Shown here piece after piece: positions 18,834 through 28,406 of a stretch of 64,000 nucleotides of DNA. The notes under the pieces are model-generated. The model did not search any database. It was given only the letters and a program-made list of their open reading frames with translations, and was not told where the DNA came from. Within the stretch, counting starts at the first letter, position 1, and each line of letters starts with the position of its first letter. Origin of the DNA: Colwellia sp. (GTDB lineage Bacteria; Pseudomonadota; Gammaproteobacteria; Enterobacterales; Alteromonadaceae). The translations under genes and the position numbers were made by a program. Location: contig NZ_JABSPA010000001.1 in assembly GCF_013214175.1 (NCBI RefSeq), positions 158,102 to 222,101 of the forward strand, given 5' to 3'.

Positions 18834-19575
18834 CTATTTGAAATGTATAAGTACAATACTAGCTATCTTCTCTATCAATGTGTCTGCGCTTGAAGCGTTA
18901 AAATCACCAGAAAAAATGCATATAGACGGCTTAGCAAATGAAGCTAGCTGGCAGTTAGCTACATGGCAGCCAATAGATAAGCTCATTCTTGGTATACAAC
19001 CGAGCAAAGAAGATTTTTCCGGACGATTTAAAATAATGTGGGATGAAGCGCAATTATATTTATTGGTAGAAATTACCGATGATATTTTATTTGATCAACA
19101 TGCCGATCCACGCCATTTATATTGGGATGATGATTGTTTAGAAATATTTATTGATGAAGATGGCTCAGGTGGCAATCACCAGTTTAATTTTAATGCTTTT
19201 ACTTATCATATTGCCTTGGATAATCAGGCAGTCGATATGGGCGAAAAAAATGCCGATGGCTCGGATAATTTTGTCTTGTTAAATGATCATGTAACAAGTA
19301 AGTGGCGACGCAGTGAAAAACCCCCTAATAAAGTTATCTGGGAGCTGGCGGTTCGGGTTTATGACGATAGTTTTACTATGCAAATGAAAAAGCCAGTAGC
19401 CGTTAAATTAGTTGAGGGCAAAAGCTTAGGTTTTATGTTGGCCTATTGTGATAACGATGGCAGTAAAGAGCGCGAACATTTTATCGGCTCGGTTGATATT
19501 AAAGCTATAAATGGTAATAAAAATTTAGGTTATATCACCGCTGATGTTTTTCAAAAATTGACCTTGATTAGGTAG
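18826..19575 (+). CDS. Secreted stand-alone CBM9-like (DOMON-like) sugar-binding protein
   Basis: Signal peptide; IDG.A.E..W, FKIMWDE..LYL.VEITDD, WDDDCLEIFID, LGFMLAYCDND motifs; no catalytic domain. Confidence 0.75.
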   Translation: MSNYLKCISTILAIFSINVSALEALKSPEKMHIDGLANEASWQLATWQPIDKLILGIQPSKEDFSGRFKIMWDEAQLYLLVEITDDILFDQHADPRHLYWDDDCLEIFIDEDGSGGNHQFNFNAFTYHIALDNQAVDMGEKNADGSDNFVLLNDHVTSKWRRSEKPPNKVIWELAVRVYDDSFTMQMKKPVAVKLVEGKSLGFMLAYCDNDGSKEREHFIGSVDIKAINGNKNLGYITADVFQKLTLIR

Positions 19576-19897
19576 CCTAGTCGGTAAGATTCAGTTAAAT
19601 ATTCTTGTTTTAGTGAAGTGAGCAATAAATAAATACATGTACTTACAAGTATAAATATAGGTATAGGTATACATAAAGTTGAAGGTGCAATGTTGGGCTT
19701 TTTTTGAAATATGACGAATGCCCTGATTGTAATTGCCAATGTCCCAAGTGGCTAAAAAGCCAATCACTCATAATAAGATTCATACCTGAAAAAATAATAA
19801 TTTAAGCGTTTGGCATGAACAATCTCAGAGGAAATCAAGCGAGTACAAACAAGTTAGTGTAACTGACTTTATCTATTTAAACGTACAGCTGCAGGTA

Positions 19898-20163
19898 TAT
19901 ACCCAAGCCACCTCAAGATGCAGGATTCAGCTGAAATTAGAAACGTCTTTAGGCAAGGTATTGATTAAGGAGAATAGTTATTCTATTTTCGAAGTCAATA
20001 ACGATGGATAAAGCGTTTCTAAACCAGCCATTGTGTGACGTCTGAGCAAATCACGTTCATTGTTGCGTAGTTCATTAAGGGAACAACCATTAATGAAATA
20101 CACGCCTTGAACATGAATCGCTCAGGCGTCCTGAAACGAGCATCTTGAAGTGGTTTGGGTATA
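19898..20163. mobile_element. ERIC-like miniature inverted-repeat element, copy 1 (two internal modules)
   Basis: Ends TATACCCAAGCCACCTCAAGATGC / GCATCTTGAAGTGGTTTGGGTATA, with two nested internal hairpin modules. Confidence 0.8.
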
Positions 20164-20250
20164 GACCTATTTTTGAACGACTAGATACGATAATTAGTCT
20201 AGCTAGACTTGCCAATAGTAACCATAAATATTATGGTTACTATTTATTTG

Positions 20251-20264
20251 TGTAAGCGCTTACA
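20251..20264. promoter_or_regulatory. LacI-type operator 6
   Basis: Perfect TGTAAGCGCTTACA ~80 bp upstream of the GH3 gene. Confidence 0.85.
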
Positions 20265-20345
20265 TTTTCTTGTGTTTATTTTTTATTAACGAAATAAATA
20301 TCAAATAGAAAATAGCAAAAAATAATTTTAAAAGAAGGTCTGTTC

Positions 20346-22961
20346 ATGAAAGTATCACCACAGCGTTTAATTCTTATATCACTAACACTGGCACTTAGTG
20401 CCTGTGTTAGTGAAGAGCAAGCTAGTAAGGTAGGGCAGGCAAGCACAGCATCACAAAACCAGAGCCAGCAAGAAGCTCGTCTGGCGACAGTAGAGCAAGA
20501 TGTAGAAACACTGCTGGCAATAATGACTTTGCCAGAAAAAGTCTCTTTAGCTCATGCCAGTGGTAAATTTCACATCAATGCCATTGAGCGTGTCGGTATC
20601 CCTGAAATGTGGTTATCTGATGGTCCTCATGGCGTACGTCATCAAATAGAACGTCATACTTGGGCATCGGCGGGTTGGAGCGATGACTATGCTACTTATT
20701 TACCGCATCTTACTTCAGTTGCTGCCAGTTGGGACCTTGATATGGCTCGCTTACATGGCCAAGTATTAGGGGCTGAAGCGCGCAATAGAAAAAAAGACTT
20801 TATTTTAGGCCCAGGGGTTAACTTAGCGCGCTTACCTTTATATGGCCGAAATTTTGAATACATGGGCGAAGATCCTATTTTAGCTGCCAAGTTAGTGGTA
20901 CCGCAAATTAAAGCTATTCAAGCCAATGATGTTGCCGCGACGGTTAAACATTATGCCTTAAATACGCAAGAACTAAACCGCACTGGTGTTAATGCCAAAC
21001 CAGATGAACGTACCTTAAGAGAAGTGTATTTACCTGCCTTTGAAGCGGCGGTTAAAGAGGGTGGTGTGCTTGGCATGATGGGTTCTTATAACCAATACTA
21101 TGGCACTAACGCCAATCAAAGTAAGCACTTGGTCATGGATATTTTAAAGGGTGAGTGGGGTTATCAAGGGGTACTACTTACCGATTGGCATGTCGATATT
21201 AATACCTATGATGCCGCAGTTAATGGTTTAGATCTAGAGATGGGTACTAAGGTAGATGATTATGAAGATTACTTTTTAGCTAAGCCTTTTTTAGCTATGA
21301 TTCAAGCGGGAGAAATCCCAGAATCAGTCGCTGATGAAAAGGCTAGGCGCATTTTAAGAGTGCAGTATAGTATAGGCATGTATGACGAAAACCGTTTGCC
21401 AGGCTCAAGAAATACCAAAGCACATCAAGCTGCTGCGCGCAAAATTGCCACCGAAGGTGTAGTGTTGTTAAAAAATGACATTGTCGGCGCTAAAGCGGTA
21501 TTACCTTTAGATAAAAAACAACTGAAAAATATACTAGTACTTGGTCCGAATGCCGATAAAAAGCATGGTACGGGTGGCGGCTCGTCAGAAGTTAAGTCTT
21601 TATATGAAGTGACGCCATTACAAGGTTTAAGAGAAAAGTTTGGTGAGGACGTTACTATTACTGTAATGAGAGCACGCAGTAGTGAATTAGCCGCAATTGC
21701 CAGTGATTATGTTGATAGTCGTCATTGGACCGGCACCCCGGCATGGAACATCGCTTATTTTACTGAAAAAGCCCGGATAAACTTAACCGAGCAATCTTGG
21801 ATAGTTGATTCAAAATTTAAAGCCATAGCGCCAGCTAACGCTAAAGGTGTTGTCAATACTCAACACATCACTATGGCAGCACAGATCAAACCGTTAATGA
21901 CCGGCCTGCATCAATTGAACGTGGAAACCTTGGGTGATTTTCAATTGAAAATAAATGATAATATTGTTATTGCTCACCAAGTTAGTGCTGATACAGCAAA
22001 TGAACTTAGTGCATTAGTTTATGATATCGAGTTAATAGCAGGTGAGAGTTATTCTTTCGAAATTCAATATGATGGCAGTGAACACTTCACTTTAGGTTGG
22101 AATGCACCGGGTGAATTATTTAGCAGTGAAGCTGAATATATTGCCGCAGCTAAACAAGCCGATGCAGTTATTTACTTTGGCGGTTTGAGCCATGGCGATG
22201 ACCGAGAGTCAATCGATCGACCAGATATGAAACTACCTAACTCGCAAGATGAAATTATTAGTAAGCTGATTGCCGCCAATGAAAAAACCGTGGTCTTCCT
22301 TGTTGCCGGCTCAGCCGTTGAAATGCCTTGGGCAGAGCAAGCTAAGACTATTGTTTGGGGTTGGTATGGCGGTATGGAAGCAGGCCATGCTTTTGCCGAT
22401 ATTTTAACCGGTGATGTTAACCCTAGTGGTAAAATGCCAATTACCTTGCCGGCTCATCTTGAAGATACCGCACCAATTGCCCTGAACGATTATAACGCCA
22501 AAGAAAGCTTATATACTGAAGGTGTCTTTATTGGTTATCGTTGGTTTGAACAACAAAAAATCAAACCTAGCTTCGTTTTTGGTCATGGCCTTTCATATAC
22601 CAATTTTTCTTTAACGGAAATTGCTTTATCGGCATCAAATATCACAGGGGATGAAAATATAACTGTGACTGTCTGGGTTGAAAATACCGGTAAAGTCGCT
22701 GGTGCAGAAGTTGTGCAATTATATCTGCACGACATCGAGTCTAGTGTCGACAGGCCAATAAAGGAACTGAAAGGGTTTGCCAAGGTTTATTTAGTACCTG
22801 GTGAAAGTAAACAAATTAGCATCACACTGACTAAACGTGATTTATCTTTTTGGGATGTTAACACTAATGATTGGTTAGCTGAAACTGGTCAGTTTGAAGT
22901 GCTGTTGGGGACTGCTTTAAATAATATTAAACTCAGGGCGACTTTCTCTTACCATCAGTAA
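20346..22961 (+). CDS. GH3 beta-glucosidase, predicted lipoprotein with a PA14-like insertion
   Basis: Lipobox LSAC; SDGPHGVR, GRNFEYMGEDP, VKHYALN, LLTDW (nucleophile), GGGSS; C-terminal Fn3-like EVVQLY...RPIKELKGF. Confidence 0.92.
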   Translation: MKVSPQRLILISLTLALSACVSEEQASKVGQASTASQNQSQQEARLATVEQDVETLLAIMTLPEKVSLAHASGKFHINAIERVGIPEMWLSDGPHGVRHQIERHTWASAGWSDDYATYLPHLTSVAASWDLDMARLHGQVLGAEARNRKKDFILGPGVNLARLPLYGRNFEYMGEDPILAAKLVVPQIKAIQANDVAATVKHYALNTQELNRTGVNAKPDERTLREVYLPAFEAAVKEGGVLGMMGSYNQYYGTNANQSKHLVMDILKGEWGYQGVLLTDWHVDINTYDAAVNGLDLEMGTKVDDYEDYFLAKPFLAMIQAGEIPESVADEKARRILRVQYSIGMYDENRLPGSRNTKAHQAAARKIATEGVVLLKNDIVGAKAVLPLDKKQLKNILVLGPNADKKHGTGGGSSEVKSLYEVTPLQGLREKFGEDVTITVMRARSSELAAIASDYVDSRHWTGTPAWNIAYFTEKARINLTEQSWIVDSKFKAIAPANAKGVVNTQHITMAAQIKPLMTGLHQLNVETLGDFQLKINDNIVIAHQVSADTANELSALVYDIELIAGESYSFEIQYDGSEHFTLGWNAPGELFSSEAEYIAAAKQADAVIYFGGLSHGDDRESIDRPDMKLPNSQDEIISKLIAANEKTVVFLVAGSAVEMPWAEQAKTIVWGWYGGMEAGHAFADILTGDVNPSGKMPITLPAHLEDTAPIALNDYNAKESLYTEGVFIGYRWFEQQKIKPSFVFGHGLSYTNFSLTEIALSASNITGDENITVTVWVENTGKVAGAEVVQLYLHDIESSVDRPIKELKGFAKVYLVPGESKQISITLTKRDLSFWDVNTNDWLAETGQFEVLLGTALNNIKLRATFSYHQ

Positions 22962-23166
22962 TTACTGCTGGTAATTGTTAACAATAATTACCAGAAAAAA
23001 TGTCTACTGGGCGGAAGGTTGCTGTTAATGTCAGCCTTCTTTGCCAATAAATTTCATGTTAAAGGGTATTTATTCACCACCGTAGTGTTTATTTAAGTAA
23101 GCCACTACTATTGTGCGACTAATTTTATTAAAATTAGTTTCATATATTTTAAAATAGCTGTTACCT

Positions 23167-23772
23167 ATGAAATTTAGTCCACTTGTGCAAGAGTTAATTG
23201 ATTCGCTGAAATGTTTACCTGGTGTTGGCGCTAAGTCAGCCCAACGCATGGCCTTTCAGTTACTTGAACGTAATCGACGTGGCGGCAGTAAACTTGCCAA
23301 AACTCTAGCAAAGGCGATGATTGATATTGGCCATTGCCAACAGTGTCGTAATTTTACCGAAGAAGCCTTATGTGAAATTTGCCAAAGCCCTAAGCGACAA
23401 TTATCAACTACGCTTTGTATTGTTGAGACGCCGGGTGATGTTATTGCCATAGAGCAAACCGGTGAGTTCTTTGGTAAATACTTTGTGCTGATGGGACATT
23501 TATCACCTATCGATGGCATAGGGCCGGATGATTTAGGTTTAGATATCTTAGCGAAGCAATTTTCCAGTGGTCAGTTTATTGAGGTTATTTTAGCAACTAA
23601 CCCTACGGTAGAAGGGGAGGCAACGGCACACTTTATTGCCGAGCTCGCTCAGCAATATCAAGTTAATATCTCTAGAATAGCTCACGGTGTGCCGGTAGGT
23701 GGCGAGTTAGAGTATGTTGATGGCAATACTTTATCTCATGCCTTATCAGGTAGGAAAGCTTATGAGATTTAG
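23167..23772 (+). CDS. recR: Recombination protein RecR
   Basis: [12 protein letters not shown]4 zinc finger CQQC...CEIC, Toprim [12 protein letters not shown]. Confidence 0.97.
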   Translation: MKFSPLVQELIDSLKCLPGVGAKSAQRMAFQLLERNRRGGSKLAKTLAKAMIDIGHCQQCRNFTEEALCEICQSPKRQLSTTLCIVETPGDVIAIEQTGEFFGKYFVLMGHLSPIDGIGPDDLGLDILAKQFSSGQFIEVILATNPTVEGEATAHFIAELAQQYQVNISRIAHGVPVGGELEYVDGNTLSHALSGRKAYEI

Positions 23773-23862
23773 TTAATTAGCTTTAGATTATGAGCTCTAG
23801 TTTATGAGATTCTGGCTATTAATCGTTAATAAATAGCCAGAAGGCAGAACTAGAGGGAAGGT

Positions 23863-24261
23863 TTAACCGCCAGTAAACTTAACTTTAAAACCAGACTTTT
23901 CTAAAACCTGTTGTATTACGTCGCGCTTATCGCCTTGAACCTCAATGGTTTCACCAACGACTGAGCCGCCACTGCCACAGGTCTTCTTCAATTTCTTCGC
24001 TAACTCTTTAAGTGCCTTACTGTCTAAGCCTAAGCCACTGATAACAATAACACCTTTGCCTTTTCTGCCTTTAGTTTCACGTCGAACGCGAGCAAAACCA
24101 TCACTTGGTGTAACTGTTTTTTCTTTTTGTTGGCTAATGCGACCACTGTCAGTTGAATAGACTAATGAATCATCACTTGCTGGCGCCGCGTTATCACGCT
24201 CGATGGGTGCTTTACCAAATGCTGCGGCTAAATCACTTAAACTAGACAAACTATTTTTCAT
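23863..24261 (-). CDS. yciH: YciH / SUI1-family translation factor
   Basis: LVYSTDSG, RETKGRKGKGV, KKTCGSGG, IEVQGD. Confidence 0.92.
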   Translation of the reverse strand: MKNSLSSLSDLAAAFGKAPIERDNAAPASDDSLVYSTDSGRISQQKEKTVTPSDGFARVRRETKGRKGKGVIVISGLGLDSKALKELAKKLKKTCGSGGSVVGETIEVQGDKRDVIQQVLEKSGFKVKFTGG

Positions 24262-24292
24262 AACTCACTCAATACTATTAATCAGATTGGGA

Positions 24293-24562
24293 TAATACCA
24301 AATTGATTAAATTTCTCCCCAACTCAGAGCTGTACTCAATGTTCATTAACAAGGCTGATTTGTTTAGGTCTAGTCATTCTAAACCAAATAAATTTAACTA
24401 TGTTAGTGGGCATTGAGTAAGCTCCCATAGGGCGAGTTTAAAGGGTTTATATGCGGCGTTATTGATTTTGACAAGGGAATAACCATTCTCTTTAATCAAT
24501 GCCTTGCCTCTAAACCCTTTAATTCTCGCTGAGTGGGAAAGAACTTAATCAACTTGGTATTA
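24293..24562. mobile_element. ERIC-like miniature inverted-repeat element, copy 2
   Basis: Ends TAATACCAAATTGATTAA / TTAATCAACTTGGTATTA; core 24457-24509 is a near reverse complement of 19951-20003. Confidence 0.78.
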
Positions 24563-24680
24563 CTAAACAAATTTTAGATAAAAGAAAACCACGTCTTATT
24601 TGCATAAGCGTGGTTTTATTATATCAAGGCTACAACAAGCTGAAAACTGCTTGTTAGCAATATATTATTGTCTCAATATT

Positions 24681-25607
24681 TTAAAGCTTGCTTTCTAACT
24701 CAGGCAAAGCATCAAATAAATCAGCAACAATACCGTAATCTGCTACTTGGAAGATTGGTGCTTCAGGGTCTTTGTTGATTGCAACAATGACTTTGGAGTC
24801 TTTCATACCGGCTAAATGTTGAATCGCGCCACTAATACCGACAGCAATATAAAGGTCTGGTGCAACAATCTTACCTGTTTGACCAACTTGCATGTCGTTT
24901 GGTACAAAGCCAGCATCAACAGCTGCGCGTGATGCGCCAATAGCTGCGCCAAGTTTGTCGGCAATACCGTCAAGTAATTTAAAGTTCTCGCCATTTTGCA
25001 TACCGCGACCACCAGAAATTATCACAGTAGCTGCGCCTAGATCAGGTCGTTCAGAAACAGTAAACTCGTCATTGACATGGCTTGATATACCGGCATCAGT
25101 AACCGTATCTAAAGTAACAACTTCAGCATTACCATCGGTTGCTACGGCATCAAAGCCCGTAGTACGGACAGTGATAACCTTTTTGCTGTCTAAACTTTGT
25201 ACTGTGGCAATCGCGTTACCTGCATAGATAGGGCGAACAAAAGTGTCGCTACTTTCAACATCAATGATGTCAGAAATTTGCGCAACATCTAATAACGCAG
25301 CAACTCTAGGCATAAAGTTTTTGCCGGTAGTTAATGCCGTTGCTAGGATATGTTCATAATCGCTTGCTAAACCAGTGACTAATAAACTGACATTTTCAGC
25401 TAGCTGGTGCTCATAAACGGCATTGTCAGCAACTAATACTTTGCTTACGCCATTTACTTTTACTGCGGCATCAACAACATTTTGACAATTAAAGCCAGCT
25501 ACTAGCAAGGTGATATCACCACCAATTTTTTGCGCAGCGCCAACGGTTTTTAGAGTTTCAGCTTTTAACGAGCTGTTGTCGTGTTCAACAATTACTAAAA
25601 TACTCAT
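24681..25607 (-). CDS. etfA: Electron transfer flavoprotein alpha subunit
   Basis: [38 protein letters not shown]. Confidence 0.96.
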   Translation of the reverse strand: MSILVIVEHDNSSLKAETLKTVGAAQKIGGDITLLVAGFNCQNVVDAAVKVNGVSKVLVADNAVYEHQLAENVSLLVTGLASDYEHILATALTTGKNFMPRVAALLDVAQISDIIDVESSDTFVRPIYAGNAIATVQSLDSKKVITVRTTGFDAVATDGNAEVVTLDTVTDAGISSHVNDEFTVSERPDLGAATVIISGGRGMQNGENFKLLDGIADKLGAAIGASRAAVDAGFVPNDMQVGQTGKIVAPDLYIAVGISGAIQHLAGMKDSKVIVAINKDPEAPIFQVADYGIVADLFDALPELESKL

Positions 25608-26356
25608 GAGATCACCTTGGCTTCATTTTTCAATTTTTCAACTAATTCATCAATACTTTCAACTATAACACCGGCTTTGCGCTCTGCTGGTGGAGTCACT
25701 TTTAATAATTTAGTACGTGGGCTTAAATCAATGCCAAAATCTGCCGCCGGTCTTACAACTAATGGCTTACGCTTGGCTTTCATAATATTAGGTAATGAAG
25801 CATAACGAGGTTCATTTAAACGTAAGTCTGTGGTTACAATCGCAGGTAAGTTAAGGGCAAGCGTTTGCAAACCGCCATCTACTTCACGGGTAACATTAAC
25901 TTTTTCGCCTTCAACTTTTACCACTGAAGCAAAAGTACCTTGAGGCATACCTGTTAGTGCTGCTAGCATTTGACCTGTTTGATTGTTATCGCTATCAATT
26001 GATTGCTTACCTAAAATAACAAGTTGTGGTTGCTCTTCTTCAACTACTTTTTGTAATAACTTAGCAATGTTTAATGCATCTAGGCTTTCGCTAGTTTCAA
26101 TTTGAATAGCGCGATCGGCGCCTAACGCTAATGCGGTACGCAACTGCTCTTGGCAAGACTTATCACCGATAGAAATTGCAATGACTTCTGTAGCTATACC
26201 AGCTTCTTTTAAACGTACAGCTTCTTCAACGGCAATTTCACAAAAAGGGTTTATCGCCATTTTTGTATTGGCAAGATCTACATTGGAATGGTCGGGTTTT
26301 ACTCGAACTTTGACGTTATAGTCAATAACACGTTTTATAGGAACTAATACTTTCAT
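25604..26356 (-). CDS. etfB: Electron transfer flavoprotein beta subunit
   Basis: [39 protein letters not shown]. Confidence 0.96.
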   Translation of the reverse strand: MKVLVPIKRVIDYNVKVRVKPDHSNVDLANTKMAINPFCEIAVEEAVRLKEAGIATEVIAISIGDKSCQEQLRTALALGADRAIQIETSESLDALNIAKLLQKVVEEEQPQLVILGKQSIDSDNNQTGQMLAALTGMPQGTFASVVKVEGEKVNVTREVDGGLQTLALNLPAIVTTDLRLNEPRYASLPNIMKAKRKPLVVRPAADFGIDLSPRTKLLKVTPPAERKAGVIVESIDELVEKLKNEAKVIS

Positions 26357-26410
26357 CGCAGCCTCTGAAAAGGTTGGTTAATTTACAATAATAGTTAAAA
26401 GATACCCTCG

Positions 26411-26428
26411 GTTGACGTCAACGTCAAC
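26411..26428. promoter_or_regulatory. LiuR-like (MerR-family) operator
   Basis: GTTGACGTCAACGTCAAC palindrome fits the recalled LiuR consensus TTKACGTnnACGTMAA; ~55 bp upstream of etfB. Confidence 0.65.
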
Positions 26429-26517
26429 GCAATCTTGGTTAAAACTTTTAAACTAAGATACAATCTATTTAAATGCTCATGTCAGTGTCTTGCTTGAGCA
26501 CTTGTAATAAGATACTA

Positions 26518-26552
26518 TCAAACACCTGTTTGAATATCAAACGCATGTTTGA
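26518..26552. promoter_or_regulatory. Two tandem PsrA-like (TetR-family) operators
   Basis: TCAAACACCTGTTTGA (26518-26533) and TCAAACGCATGTTTGA (26537-26552) fit CAAAC-N4-GTTTG; upstream of ETF-QO. Confidence 0.72.
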
Positions 26553-26602
26553 ATTTAATTACAAGCTTTTAAAATAATTATAGAATAATACTGGGAGATC
26601 TT

Positions 26603-28264
26603 ATGGAACGCGAATCGATGGAATTTGACGTAGTCATTGTTGGCGCTGGACCTGCAGGTTTATCAACTGCTTGTCGCTTAATGCAACTTGCACAAGAAAA
26701 ACAACAAGAATTAATGGTTTGTGTAGTTGAAAAAGGCTCAGAAGTGGGTGCTCACATCCTTTCTGGTGCTGTATTTGAACCTAGATCTTTAAACGAATTG
26801 TTTCCTGATTGGCAAGAAAAAAATGCACCATTAACGACTAAAGTAACAGGTGATGACATTTACTTGTTAAGTAATGACAGTTCAGGCATCAAATTACCTA
26901 ACTTTTCTGTACCAAAAACTATGCACAATGATGGTAACTATATTGTCAGTATGGGCAATGTTTGTCGCTGGTTAGCTGAGCAAGCTGAGCAACTAGGTGT
27001 TGAGATCTTTCCTGGCTTCCCTGCACAAAGTATTATTTATAATGATGATGGCAGTGTTGGCGGTATCATTACCGGTGATATGGGCTTAGATGCGAACGGT
27101 AAAGAGAAAGACTCTTTTATGCCAGGTATGGAGTTACGTGCTAAATACACTGTTTTTGCTGAAGGTTGTCGTGGTCATCTAGGTAAAGAGTTAATTGAAA
27201 AATTTAATCTTGATGAAGATAGCTCGCCACAACATTATGGTTTAGGTTTTAAAGAAATTTGGGATATTGACCCAGTCAATCATCAAGAAGGGTTAGTAGT
27301 ACATACTGCTGGCTGGCCATTAGATAAAGATACTACTGGTGGTGGTTACCTTTATCATGCGGAAAATAATCAGGTATTTGTCGGTTTAATTGTTGATTTA
27401 AATTATAGCAACCCACACCTAAGTCCTTTTGATGAATTTCAACGTTATAAACATCATCCTAAAATTAGCCAATACCTTGAAGGTGGTAAGCGTGTTTCCT
27501 ATGGTGCACGAGCTATGGCCAAAGGCGGTTTTAATTCATTACCTAAAATGACCATGCCGGGTGCATTATTAGTGGGTTGTGACGCCGGTACTATTAACTT
27601 TGCTAAAATCAAAGGTAATCATACGGCGATGAAATCTGGCATGTTAGCTGCTGAAGCTATAGCCCAAACATTGATTACAGGTGAAGGTATATCGGCTGAA
27701 GGTAAGCAAGATTTAACTAATTTCACCCAGCTTTATAAAGACTCTTGGTTATATGAAGAGTTATACAACACCCGTAACTTTGGTCCAGCTATGCATAAGT
27801 TTGGCACCATGTTAGGTGGCGCTTATAACATGGTAGATCAAAACTTCTTTGGTGGTAAATTACCGTTTAACTTTAAAGATGACAGCTTAGATTATGCTCA
27901 ATTAAAGCCAGCTGCAGATGCGCCGGTGATTCAGTATGCTAAGCCTGACAATAAATTAAGCTTTGATAAGTTATCTTCAGTATTTTTGTCAAATACTAAC
28001 CACGAAGAAGAGCAACCTTGTCACTTAAAGCTTAAAGATGCAGCTATTCCTATTCAGGTGAATTTAGCTAAATATAATGAGCCAGCACAGTTATATTGTC
28101 CTGCAGGTGTCTATGAAGTTGAAAAAACTGAGCAAGGCGACAAGTTTGTCATTAACGCGCAAAACTGTATTCACTGTAAAACCTGTGATATTAAAGACCC
28201 AAGTCAGAATATCACCTGGGTAACACCAGAAGGTACCGGTGGGCCAAACTACCCGAATATGTAA
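26603..28264 (+). CDS. ETF-ubiquinone oxidoreductase
   Basis: VIVGAGPAGL, EKGSEVGAHILSGA, YCPAGVYE and NCIHCKTCDIKDP 4Fe-4S motif; divergent from etfBA. Confidence 0.96.
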   Translation: MERESMEFDVVIVGAGPAGLSTACRLMQLAQEKQQELMVCVVEKGSEVGAHILSGAVFEPRSLNELFPDWQEKNAPLTTKVTGDDIYLLSNDSSGIKLPNFSVPKTMHNDGNYIVSMGNVCRWLAEQAEQLGVEIFPGFPAQSIIYNDDGSVGGIITGDMGLDANGKEKDSFMPGMELRAKYTVFAEGCRGHLGKELIEKFNLDEDSSPQHYGLGFKEIWDIDPVNHQEGLVVHTAGWPLDKDTTGGGYLYHAENNQVFVGLIVDLNYSNPHLSPFDEFQRYKHHPKISQYLEGGKRVSYGARAMAKGGFNSLPKMTMPGALLVGCDAGTINFAKIKGNHTAMKSGMLAAEAIAQTLITGEGISAEGKQDLTNFTQLYKDSWLYEELYNTRNFGPAMHKFGTMLGGAYNMVDQNFFGGKLPFNFKDDSLDYAQLKPAADAPVIQYAKPDNKLSFDKLSSVFLSNTNHEEEQPCHLKLKDAAIPIQVNLAKYNEPAQLYCPAGVYEVEKTEQGDKFVINAQNCIHCKTCDIKDPSQNITWVTPEGTGGPNYPNM

Positions 28265-28283
28265 TTAGTTAATTATATCGATT

Positions 28284-28320
28284 AAAGCCCCAGATACTCG
28301 TTAGAGTATCTGGGGCTTTT
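28284..28320. terminator. Intrinsic terminator after ETF-QO
   Basis: AAAGCCCCAGATACTC-gtta-GAGTATCTGGGGCTTT(T). Confidence 0.82.
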
Positions 28321-28406
28321 GCTTTTTAGCTGCTAAAAAAAAGGAGGTTATAAAGTAAGGAGTTATAAATCAAGTGGGTAATAATTTAGAGCTGTAATAG
28401 TTAGCT

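Noticed and set aside
19551-19860. Short minus-strand ORFs between the CBM9-like gene and element 1
   Set aside because: AT-rich and low complexity with stops in all frames and no recognisable family; a decayed gene cannot be excluded.
1750-23166. Active integrative element or prophage carrying the sugar locus
   Set aside because: No integrase, transposase, att-like direct repeats or phage genes seen; composition looks similar to the flanks.
23760-23815. Three TTATGAG repeats at the recR 3' end as an att scar
   Set aside because: Too short, on the wrong side of recR to bound the insertion, and with no counterpart near ybaB.
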